DNA of 64,000 nucleotides from assembly GCA_963752475.1 (NCBI GenBank), contig CAVVYR010000006.1:32001-96000 (forward strand), read 5' to 3'. Origin of the DNA: an uncultured Chloroflexia bacterium. Lineage in GTDB: Bacteria > Chloroflexota > Limnocylindria > Limnocylindrales > CSP1-4. Within the stretch, counting starts at the first letter, position 1. Every line of letters starts with the position of its first letter. Below, one piece after another: positions 49,527 to 57,979 of this stretch. The notes below the pieces were generated by a model. It had not been told where the DNA came from, made no database searches, and was given only the letters and a program-made list of their open reading frames with translations. Both the position numbers and the translations under genes were made by a program.

Positions 49527-50072
49527 CTAGCGGACTCGAAAGCTCGGGCCGTGGCCGGGGATGATGATGGAGGCCGTCTCGAGGATGCGGGCGCGGTGCT
49601 CCTCGACGGCCGCTGGATCGACGTCGAGGCCACTCCCCGGCGAGTCCTGCCAGACCCAGAGGTGCGTGAGCGCGGCCACGCCGTCGTCGGTCTCCACGAG
49701 CGTGGTGATGTCCTGCGGTGTGTGGCCGGGGGTCTCGAGCAGCTTGATGCCAGTCGAGAGTCGGACACCCTCTGCGGGGCGCGACGTCCATCGGTCGCGA
49801 ACGTACGTGGCCCAGTGGTCGTGGACCGTGACGTCCTCACCGAAGAGGGCGATGTTCATCGTGTGGTCGGGGTGGTGGTGGCTGAGGATGATGTCGGTGA
49901 CCTGCTCACGGTCGACGCCGAGTGCGGCCAGCGGGTCCAGGATCGAGGCCCGGGAAGGGACCATGCCGGGGTCCACGATGGCCGTTACGTCGCCATCGCG
50001 TAGCAGGGTCACCGTGCCGGCCACGCCATCGTCGTTGCCGTAGCCGTCGAACAGGACATCCAGTCGCGCCAT
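49527..50072 (-). CDS. Metallo-beta-lactamase fold hydrolase
   Basis: IVDPG, LSHHHPDH, TPGHT, IIPGHG. Confidence 0.88.
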   Translation of the reverse strand: MARLDVLFDGYGNDDGVAGTVTLLRDGDVTAIVDPGMVPSRASILDPLAALGVDREQVTDIILSHHHPDHTMNIALFGEDVTVHDHWATYVRDRWTSRPAEGVRLSTGIKLLETPGHTPQDITTLVETDDGVAALTHLWVWQDSPGSGLDVDPAAVEEHRARILETASIIIPGHGPSFRVR

Positions 50073-50207
50073 CGTCTCTCCTCGTCTCGGGGTCGCGGCT
50101 GACGGTACAGGTGGGGAGTCGATGTCACACGGTCGACATGTTCCGGTCCGACCCTGCACGTCTGGTCCGGACTCTCCCTTCCGGCCCACATCCATGAGGA
50201 GGACGAG

Positions 50208-50531
50208 ATGGCGAAGTTCGTGGTGATCTACTCGGGCGGCATGGGCATGGCAGCCGAGCCCGACGAGCGGCAGCGGATCATGGATGAGTGGGGCGCCTGG
50301 TACGGCAAGATGGGCGCGGCCATCAAGGACGGTGGCAGTCCCTTCGCGGCCTCGAAGAACTTCTCCGGCGCGGGTGCCGCGTCGGCCGATGGCCCCGGCG
50401 CGGTCCCGGCCACCGGCTACACCATCATCGAAGCCGATTCGCTCGACGCGGCGGCGGCTGCCTGCGCGGATCACCCACACCTCGGGCACGGCGGACAGGT
50501 CTCGGTCTTCGAGGCCGTCGACATGGGCTGA
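50208..50531 (+). CDS. YciI-like protein
   Basis: W.AWY, DGGSPF, GYTIIEADSLDAA, CADHPH; GAGGAGG RBS. Confidence 0.8.
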   Translation: MAKFVVIYSGGMGMAAEPDERQRIMDEWGAWYGKMGAAIKDGGSPFAASKNFSGAGAASADGPGAVPATGYTIIEADSLDAAAAACADHPHLGHGGQVSVFEAVDMG

Positions 50532-50764
50532 GGCCTCGCTCGAGGCACTTTCTATCTGGTCGTCCGCTTGGGGCCCGTCAGACGACACGCCGCTGCGTCT
50601 CGACCAGGATCCAGTCAGCTCTGGGCATGATCCGCGCGCCACCCAGCCAAGAACGAACGGCGCCGGCAAGATTCTCGTCTAGCGGACCCACAGCGGACAC
50701 CTGAGTAGAACCTCGGGCACAGGCCTTGGGGAGGGGCGCTGTGCTACTTTCTACGCACTCCCGG

Positions 50765-50840
50765 GCGGGAGTAACTCAGTTGGTAGAGTGTCTGCTTCCC
50801 AAGCAGAATGTCGCGGGTTCGAGTCCCGTCTCCCGCTCCA
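50765..50840 (+). tRNA. tRNA-Gly (CCC)
   Basis: Acceptor GCGGGAG/CTCCCGC, anticodon arm TCTGC-TTCCCAA-GCAGA, T-loop GTTCGAG, encoded CCA. Confidence 0.96.
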
Positions 50841-50959
50841 CTTCCCCTTCCGAACTCGGGACGACACTCTGCTTGGTCGCCGAAACCCCGTCTCACATCG
50901 CCGCGTTCGATTCGCCGTGGACCTCGGGCAGACGGACCTCGAAGATGAGAAGAAGTGCA

Positions 50960-51170
50960 GCGGGTGGGCTCGCGCGAGGCGCTGCGGATGGTCCTGGAGC
51001 GCTTCGGGATCGTCCGCTTCCACGGCATCATCGGCGTACTTCTCGCCTGCATCCTAGCGAGGTCCATGCTGGAGACGCGTGGCCTCGCGGGGGCGTGGTT
51101 CATCCACTTGGTGCAGGACGAGCTGGTGTTCGGGTTCATGGCGATCGGCGCGATCACACCGGGGGAGGCT
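50960..51170 (+). pseudogene. C-terminal remnant of a CPBP/CAAX-protease-like membrane protein
   Basis: FHG..GVLLA..LARSMLETRG..AWFIHLVQD; no plausible N-terminus. Confidence 0.45.
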
Positions 51171-51221
51171 GAGCGGCAAGGCTCGCCTCGCCGCTGACGT
51201 GCGCTCGGGCGGCCGCCCGAG

Positions 51222-52073
51222 CTACTGCGGGCGGAGCGTGCCGGACCAGACCTGCCAGGCCAGGAGCGACTTCGCGACCAGGCTCAGCACCATGTACGTC
51301 TTCTCGCCGACCAGGTAATCCTTCCAGCGGCCGACCTTCCGGTACTGCAGGACCATGGTGATGGCGAAGATGTTGAAGGCGACGAACAGGCTGGCGATGA
51401 TCACGTACACGAAGCCCGGGATCTGGGCCTCTGGCGGCAGGCCTTCCTGGGCCGAGTAGGCCCACACGATCGAGAAGATCGCGATCCAAGGGACGATGCC
51501 GGCGATGCAGCCGAAGATGTAGTGCTTCCAGTCGACACGCTCGCCCTTCGTCAGCCGTCCCTCGTTGCCCGCCTCCATGCTCCATCCGAAGAGGTTCATC
51601 GCGACGTTGCAGCCGGCGATCGCGACGAGCGCCGGGAACTCGGTGATGAAGCTGAGGTACGCGATGGCGACGATCATGACCGTCGACGAGAACGCGTACT
51701 CCACCCACCGAAGCGGGTTCATGCCCCGGGCGAGCCAGGCCTCGTAGCGGCTGCGCAGGAAGAAGCCGGCGGATGCGTGGGCGATGGCGCTCATCAGGAA
51801 GAAGCTGGCGATCAGGTAGACCAGCGGGAACGAGACGAGCATCACGCTCGACGGCTCGATCCCGGTGAACTCGCCGTTCTCGATGATGGGGCGGGCCGTC
51901 GGCACGACGACCTCGAAGAGCACGGCAGTTCCGGAGATCAGGAGCATGAGGACGAACTGGCCCCCATGGGCAAAGACCAGGAAGCGGTTCCAGCGGTTCA
52001 GCGAGCGGGCTCGCTCAGGCGCGATGGCCGGAGGGGCCGTCGCGCTGATCGCAGTCGCAGCAGGGTTGGTCAT
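51222..52073 (-). CDS. Heliorhodopsin
   Basis: HGGQ in TM1, SAIAH, NPLRWVEYAFSS, MNLFGW, PW, LQY, E..Y..LSLVAKSLLAW with retinal-binding Lys. Confidence 0.93.
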   Translation of the reverse strand: MTNPAATAISATAPPAIAPERARSLNRWNRFLVFAHGGQFVLMLLISGTAVLFEVVVPTARPIIENGEFTGIEPSSVMLVSFPLVYLIASFFLMSAIAHASAGFFLRSRYEAWLARGMNPLRWVEYAFSSTVMIVAIAYLSFITEFPALVAIAGCNVAMNLFGWSMEAGNEGRLTKGERVDWKHYIFGCIAGIVPWIAIFSIVWAYSAQEGLPPEAQIPGFVYVIIASLFVAFNIFAITMVLQYRKVGRWKDYLVGEKTYMVLSLVAKSLLAWQVWSGTLRPQ

Positions 52074-52190
52074 GAACGTGCCCTCCGAGATACGCGGTTC
52101 CATCCTGGTGTTCCTGCTCGGGAACGGTCGGCCGCGGGCCTTCGTCGCAGCGAGAAACGCCGGGACGCCAAAGACGGACTGAGGGGGAGT

Positions 52191-52475
52191 TCACGAACGG
52201 GTCAGCGCCTTGAGTTGGAGTGTAGCATCGGGTCCCTGGGCCTCCGCGAGCCGTGCCGGCGTTTCGTTGAGCGAGACTGCCCGCCACGGGTCCCCGATGG
52301 GCCGCGTGTACGCGGCAGCGAGGACAGGGATCTGGCGCCCTCCGTCGCCCTTGAGCGTCAGCGACTCGCCGTCGACGGTGTCCCGAGAGAGCCTGGTCAG
52401 GCAGGACTCATCCACGGCGCGCCGATCGCATCGTTGGCAGCCGGGGTGGTGCTCGTGCTGGGTCGCCTCGGACAC
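52191..52475 (-). CDS. Small hypothetical protein with CxxC
   Basis: ORF with HHPGCQRC, upstream of heliorhodopsin on the same strand. Confidence 0.45.
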   Translation of the reverse strand: MSEATQHEHHPGCQRCDRRAVDESCLTRLSRDTVDGESLTLKGDGGRQIPVLAAAYTRPIGDPWRAVSLNETPARLAEAQGPDATLQLKALTRS

Positions 52476-52516
52476 GCCGTCAGCCTTGGCCGTCCGCGGA
52501 CTACGATGGTCGTGCG

Positions 52517-52594
52517 ATGAGGACCACCTTGATCACCGGGGACGGGCGCGGCTTGGGCCGGGCCACCGCGGACAAGCTCGCCGCCGCCGGCTAC
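52517..52594 (+). pseudogene. N-terminal remnant of a short-chain dehydrogenase
   Basis: MRTTLITGDGRGLGRATADKLAAAGY (TGxxxGxG); similarity then stops. Confidence 0.65.
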
Positions 52595-52632
52595 TCAGGG
52601 CCGGCCCATCGCACTGCCCCACCCCGGAGCCC

Positions 52633-53169
52633 ATGCCTGACGTGTGCCAGACCGGTAGCCGCATCGTGACCGGCCAGACCGGCGGGTCTTCTGCCCGGTT
52701 CCCGACCGTCAGCGCCCGGACACTCCTGGGCGTGGAGCTGGCGCTGCCGCACGGATTTCCCGCCGAACGGACGCTGGCCGTCGTGGCGTTCCGGCAATGG
52801 CACCAGGCCCGGGTCGACCGCTGGATCGCCCGCGCCGTGGCGGATGGTGTGCCGCCGACACCGCGGGGTCTCACCGGCGTGCTGCCCGCAGCCGTCGTGG
52901 AACTTCCCGTCCTCGCTACCAGGTGGCGACCCGTCCGGCGCTTCATCGATGGTGGCATGACAGCCGGCATCGGTGACCCGGACGTCCTCGCCCGCACCAT
53001 CACGATCTACACGGACGTGGGCGGCTTCCAGCGGTCCCTTGCGATCCAGGGTGGCGAGGAGGTCCACGCGCTGGTCGTGACCCGCGACGGCGCCATCCTC
53101 GCCCGCGGCGCCGGCGATCCGCAGGACCGCGAATGGGACGACATCCTGGCCGCGCTGCGGGGGGCGTGA
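52633..53169 (+). CDS. Thioredoxin-fold protein, ATP10-like
   Basis: FP.V..RTL.G....LP, VAFRQWHQ..VDRW, ELPVL, FIDGGM.AGI, TITIYTD. Confidence 0.7.
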   Translation: MPDVCQTGSRIVTGQTGGSSARFPTVSARTLLGVELALPHGFPAERTLAVVAFRQWHQARVDRWIARAVADGVPPTPRGLTGVLPAAVVELPVLATRWRPVRRFIDGGMTAGIGDPDVLARTITIYTDVGGFQRSLAIQGGEEVHALVVTRDGAILARGAGDPQDREWDDILAALRGA

Positions 53170-53365
53170 GCCGCCGGGCCACGCGAGGCGGCCGCCCAGG
53201 GCACGGGAGCGATGCTGCTGCCACTGTCGCTGCTCTCAAGGGGAGCCGCGACGACGTCTGGGCGCTGGGCGTTTCGATGCAGGAAGCGAGCTGGCGCGAC
53301 TCTCTACCTGAGCCGCTTTCGCTCGCCCATCCACGCTCGTGCCACTACGCTCACGAGCGCGACAA

Positions 53366-53410
53366 TTCCCAAGCAGAATGCCGCGGGTTCGAGTCCCGTC
53401 TCCCGCTCCA
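53366..53410 (+). repeat. att-like duplication of the tRNA-Gly 3' half
   Basis: Matches 50796-50840 at 44/45 nt, starting in the anticodon loop. Confidence 0.92.
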
Positions 53411-53543
53411 CGTCCCCAGTCTGAGCTGTTGCTCAAGGTTGGCGAGTCACGAGACGCACACCCGCGACCCTCGAGTGGACGATCACCCACGCTTGCTCCT
53501 CGATCAGTTCGGGCCCGACGCTCGAGTGGCATATGCTCATCCG

Positions 53544-54062
53544 ATGCGCGACGTGATCGACGCCTTGGAGCGCCTCGCCATGGCCTGGTATCTCACCGGA
53601 TCGGAGGCGCTTGCGGCATATGGCTCGCCACGTCAGACCCTCGACACCGATGTCCTCGTCGACACCACGGAGTCCGGGTTGCGCAAGCTCGCCGCGGCGC
53701 TGGGCCGCGATTACTACTTCGCTGAGCCATTGCGGGTCGGGCCGCGGTTGATGGCCTCGGTGGTCGAGCGCTCGGGTGCCGGCAAGGTCGACTTCATCGT
53801 CCGCGACTCGGACTCGTGGGGTCGCGAAGCCATGGCTCGTCGTCGACGATGGGACCATCCCGTCTGGGGTGCAGGCTGGGTATCAAGCCTCGAGGATCTC
53901 GTGCTTGCCAAGCTCGAGTGGTCGGAGGGCACGTCAGAACTGCAGTTGCGCGACTGCGGCATGCTGCTGCGCATGAACTCGGATGCGGTTGACCGTGAGT
54001 ATCTAGCCCGCTGGGCCCGTGTCCTGGGCGTTCACGACCTCCTCCGTGAGGACCTGCCGTGA
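53544..54062 (+). CDS. Pol-beta-like nucleotidyltransferase, putative TA component
   Basis: YLTGS.A..YGSPRQTLDTD, KVDF, EDLVLAKLEW, QLRD. Confidence 0.8.
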   Translation: MRDVIDALERLAMAWYLTGSEALAAYGSPRQTLDTDVLVDTTESGLRKLAAALGRDYYFAEPLRVGPRLMASVVERSGAGKVDFIVRDSDSWGREAMARRRRWDHPVWGAGWVSSLEDLVLAKLEWSEGTSELQLRDCGMLLRMNSDAVDREYLARWARVLGVHDLLREDLP

Positions 54063-54352
54063 GCCCCATGATGCGGCCTGCCCCGGGAGCGGACGTGCTC
54101 GAAGACATCCTGCGGGAGGTCGGACCTGATGAGCGCGCGCGCACCGGCGCCGACCTGCGTCGGCGTGGATTCCTGCTCGTCTGGGACCAGGTCGATCGTG
54201 CGCCCGCGATGACTCCCGTGGAAGAGGCGATGTTCGTGCTCGGTCGGCTCTATCCGGAGATGCCAGACGTGCATCGAGAATCAATCCGTCGCCAGCTGCA
54301 AGCCGACTATGACGGCGGGACGTGGCGAGGCTTCGAACGACCGGAAGGCTGA
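54059..54352 (+). CDS. Small partner protein of the nucleotidyltransferase
   Basis: GTGA overlap; 97 aa; RLYPE motif. Confidence 0.55.
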   Translation: MSPMMRPAPGADVLEDILREVGPDERARTGADLRRRGFLLVWDQVDRAPAMTPVEEAMFVLGRLYPEMPDVHRESIRRQLQADYDGGTWRGFERPEG

Positions 54353-54468
54353 CGTAGGATCACGGCCCGACAGGCGCCTGTGGGGCGATAGGTCGACCCC
54401 GCGCCAGCCACGACCGGCCCCTGCGAGGACCGCGGCACGGACCCCGCGCGGACCGCGCCAGCCGCAGA

Positions 54469-55644
54469 CTACGGCGGTGTGATCCACGTGAAGTGGGACC
54501 AGAGCGCCAGGCACTGGAGCGCCGCGAACGCGAGCAGCACTACCGCCCGACCGATCCGTGATCGCCGGTTGGCGAGGACCCAGGCGAAGGGCCAGGCCAC
54601 GGCCAGGTACCGTGGTGCCGACGTCAGCGTCGCGGCGAGCACCAGGCTCACGACGGCCAGGATGGCCACGAGCCAGTAGGCCGGACGGATCCGGTCTGGT
54701 CGGAAGTAGACGAATAGGAACAGGTGGAAGGCCACGAGGCCGACCCAGATCGGGCCCAGCGTGGACCCCGCCGAGGCCCGGGCCGGTTCGGCCAGCCATT
54801 CGGTCACGGCTTCTGACTGCGCATCGACCGCAGTCGCCAGGTACTCCGGCGTGTCCCAATACCCCTGCGCCGTGAACGGCGCCAACGGATCGCCCGTGAG
54901 CCACCACAGGTATGCAAAGAACCCACCAAGTGCCAGCGGTGCGAGCGCCAGGGGCATCCATGCCCTCGTAGGTCGGAGTCCCTCGCGCTGGACATACAGC
55001 ACCACCAGCGGCAGCACCAGCAGGATGCCCGGAGCACGCGTCAGTGCCGCCAGGGCCACGGCGATGCCCGCCATCCACGGATGCCGTGTCTCGGCGGCCA
55101 GGAACGCTCCGACCGCGAAGAGCAGGAACAGCGACTCCGAGTACGACATCGAGAAGGCGGCGGCGCCCGGCGCCAAGGCCAGGAACCACAGGCTCAGCAG
55201 TGCCCGCTCCGGCGTCAGGAACCTGACCGACAGGGCATACAGCGCGACCAGCGCCAGTGCGAAGGCGACGTTGGCCACGAGGAGCCCGGCGATCGGAACA
55301 TCCCCAGCCAGGGCCAGCGAAGTGACCTTGGTGACCGCCGGGTATAGCGGGTAGAAGGCGTAGTCGACGTACAGCCGGCCGTGGATCGAGGTCGAAGGTT
55401 CGGCGTGATACCCGTCCTCGGCGATGCCGAGGTGCCAGCTCCCGTCCCACGTGGTCAGGCTGGTGATGATCGGGCGTTCATCGAAGGCGACGCCTTCGGG
55501 CGGATCGGGCTGGGTGAGCTCCACCGAGACGGCGACGGCCAGTACCAGCAGCCGCGTGACGATGAAGAGGACCGCGATCCGCGGGAGCGCCCAGCGCCAA
55601 TCGATGCCCGATGGGCGCGGTGGTTCGACGACAGAGGAGCTCAC
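54469..55644 (-). CDS. GT-C mannosyltransferase, PIG-V-like
   Basis: WDGSWH.GIA..GY, AFYPLYP, YSESLF, multi-TM. Confidence 0.85.
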   Translation of the reverse strand: MSSSVVEPPRPSGIDWRWALPRIAVLFIVTRLLVLAVAVSVELTQPDPPEGVAFDERPIITSLTTWDGSWHLGIAEDGYHAEPSTSIHGRLYVDYAFYPLYPAVTKVTSLALAGDVPIAGLLVANVAFALALVALYALSVRFLTPERALLSLWFLALAPGAAAFSMSYSESLFLLFAVGAFLAAETRHPWMAGIAVALAALTRAPGILLVLPLVVLYVQREGLRPTRAWMPLALAPLALGGFFAYLWWLTGDPLAPFTAQGYWDTPEYLATAVDAQSEAVTEWLAEPARASAGSTLGPIWVGLVAFHLFLFVYFRPDRIRPAYWLVAILAVVSLVLAATLTSAPRYLAVAWPFAWVLANRRSRIGRAVVLLAFAALQCLALWSHFTWITPP

Positions 55645-55876
55645 GTGCGCCGAGTGTAGGCGGCGTGGCATCCGTCGCCAATGACCGAAGGTCAGGCCCG
55701 AGCCTCCGATTCCGGCCTAGGCGGGGCAAGCGTCGCCCCCGGTGTCTACGCGCCCATCGGATCCGGCAGGCCGCGCTCTGCCAGTAGGGGTGCCGCGGAG
55801 GCGCTCGACCGCGCCGACCTGACTCCCGACGATGTTCGGCCGTGGCTGGCGACCCGGAGGTCACGGTAGCCGGCGG

Positions 55877-56080
55877 TCAGCCCTTCCGGTCGCCCCGCGC
55901 CTGCTGCTCGAGGCCTGCGCCGACGGCCGCGCCGATGGCGACACCGATCCCGACTCCGAGCGCGATGTTGTCAAGGGCCACGCCGAGCGCCGCGCCGATG
56001 CCCGCACCGAGCGCGATGCCCACACCGATGCGGGTGCCCTCTGGCATGGCGTCCTTGCCTCGCTTCTCCCCGTCAGGCAT
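55877..56080 (-). CDS. Small glycine-zipper membrane protein
   Basis: GVGIALGAGIGAALG..DNIALGVGIGVAIG; GGAG RBS. Confidence 0.7.
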   Translation of the reverse strand: MPDGEKRGKDAMPEGTRIGVGIALGAGIGAALGVALDNIALGVGIGVAIGAAVGAGLEQQARGDRKG

Positions 56081-56083
56081 CGG

Positions 56084-56893
56084 CTACTCCTCCGGAAGGA
56101 AGTCCCCACAGAAGCCGTTGCTGAACCGTTCGGCTGCCAAGAAGGCCTGCAGGCCCAGCCACTCCACGCCGGTCGCGACGAAGACGGCGATGCCGACCGT
56201 CGTACCCAGACTGACCGAGCTGCCGCGGCAGACGGCCTCGCGGTTCTCTGCTGCCCACTCCTGCGCCGCCACCACGGTGGCCTGGGCGTCGGTGACGGCT
56301 CCTTCGAGCCTCATGACCGCCTCGTCGACGGCCTCCTCGAGATCGGCCTCCTCGATGGCGGCCTGTGCTTCGGCCAACGCCTCGTCCACGGCGGCCCCGA
56401 AGTCGACCTCCTCGACGGCCGTGAGCGCCTCGGCAGCAGCCTCCTCGATGGCACCCTGGATGTCGACGTCACTCGGCAGCTCGAACTCATCGATCGCGGT
56501 CTGCGCGTCGGCGATGGCCTGGTCGACAGCCTCCTGGGCGTCGGCCAAGGCGGCATCGACGTCGAATTCCTGCGCGCTCGCGAGGGCGTCATCGAACGCC
56601 TCCTGCAGGTCCACCTCGCGGAGGTCTTCGAGCGTGTCGTCGACGGCGGAGGCGAGCTGGTCGAGCAGCGTCTGCTCTTCCTCGGGCTGGTCTGTGGTCA
56701 TGTCGACGAGCGCGGACTCGACCGACGAGATGCAGGTCTCGAGCTCCGTCGGATCGTCCGAGGTGGCAGCACAGAGGTCGCTGACGAGCCCGAGGCCGAT
56801 GGCTTCTGGAAGCGGCGACTCGGCCTGGGCAGCCACGGAAGCCGGCGTGACCGCGATGAGGAGACCGAGCAGGAGGGAGAGTCGTGTCTTCAT
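56084..56893 (-). CDS. Secreted acidic Ala/Glu/Asp-rich helical protein
   Basis: Signal peptide; repeated D..A...A...A..A.EE segments; two Cys pairs. Confidence 0.7.
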   Translation of the reverse strand: MKTRLSLLLGLLIAVTPASVAAQAESPLPEAIGLGLVSDLCAATSDDPTELETCISSVESALVDMTTDQPEEEQTLLDQLASAVDDTLEDLREVDLQEAFDDALASAQEFDVDAALADAQEAVDQAIADAQTAIDEFELPSDVDIQGAIEEAAAEALTAVEEVDFGAAVDEALAEAQAAIEEADLEEAVDEAVMRLEGAVTDAQATVVAAQEWAAENREAVCRGSSVSLGTTVGIAVFVATGVEWLGLQAFLAAERFSNGFCGDFLPEE

Positions 56894-57083
56894 GGTGCGG
56901 TCAAGGTACGCCCTTCGGCCAAAGTCGGCTACAGCGCGTCCGATGCAGTGCCGCGCATGTGCGACCTGGGCGCTGCCCTCGGGGGCTCGGGGATACTAGC
57001 CCCAGCGGTCCGGCGTGGCTTCGAGCCGTCTTCGGGGATCCGATGTCGCGCTGCCGCCCCCAGGCGCTCGCTGCCGTCCCCAA

Positions 57084-57376
57084 GGGGTCCGATGTCGCCG
57101 GACTCGACGCTAGTCCGACAGTGGCCCTGACGCTCTTGGACAGTCGTCGTCGTGGCCGACGCTAGCTCAGGATCCGCCCGAACACGGTAGCCAGGTGTCG
57201 CCTGAGTCGACGCAGTCACCGCTCCAGGCGGGCTCCATCGGCATGGAGCCCGTCCAGCGTCGGCCCGACCGACAGATGTCCACATGGCGGTCTCGAAGAC
57301 GCCGCTCATCGGGTGCTTGGAGCCGTAGCGATGACTACGACTAGGACTACCGTCGATATGGGCGACGTATGGCCAT
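57084..57376. repeat. REP-like cluster D
   Basis: Forward copies at 57084, 57136, 57187; reverse copies starting at 57283 and 57376. Confidence 0.7.
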
Positions 57377-57891
57377 GAGCTGCAGCCGCCAGCACCCACG
57401 TCGGCGGCACGCATGACTCCACCGGCCGTGAGCATCAGATCCGCCGCCACCGCCGCACCGCCCCGTCGCCCGCCCCGACGCACCGCCATGCCGCTGGCCT
57501 CGTCGGAGTGGTGCGCGTGAGCACCGGTCGTGACCTCCGGCCCCCGATTGTGGGTGCCATCCGGCACCACCGAGAGCGCTCCCACCAACCAGAGACTGGT
57601 CTCACTTCGCTGCCGAGGCGGAGCACCTGCTGATTGTGCCTGCGCAGGTCAACGCGAATACGCCTGACCTTGGGAGGGGAACCTTGGCACACATGCATCT
57701 GTCGTTCAGCCGCCAGCGCGTGCCGATGTTGGACGCATCGACACTCGAAGACCGCACGCGTCCGGCACTCGGCAGCACGGCCGGTGCCCGACTCCGCCTC
57801 TTTTCGTGGCCGCACTGGCGCTTCGAGGATGAGCCGACCCCGTCCCACCAGAGGATGCTCACCGCGGCCAAGCTCGGCCGCCGCTAGTCAC

Positions 57892-57948
57892 CCAGGAGCT
57901 CACGTCCCTCCGGTTCGCCAGGAGCTCACGTCGCCAGGAGCTCACGTC
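57892..57948. repeat. 15-bp direct repeat x3
   Basis: CCAGGAGCTCACGTC at 57892, 57918, 57934. Confidence 0.85.
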
Positions 57949-57979
57949 GCCAGGGTCAGCTCAGGCGCTCTCCGGGTCG

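Larger units (their letters stand above)
50841..53410. mobile_element. Degenerate genomic islet integrated at tRNA-Gly, no integrase
   Basis: Bounded by the tRNA and a 45-bp copy of its 3' half; contains two gene remnants and heliorhodopsin. Confidence 0.7.

Noticed and set aside
55681-55869. 62-aa plus-strand ORF
   Set aside because: No motif or RBS support.
57602-57887. Short Cys-containing ORFs on both strands
   Set aside because: No RBS, family motif or convincing codon bias; possibly a remnant.
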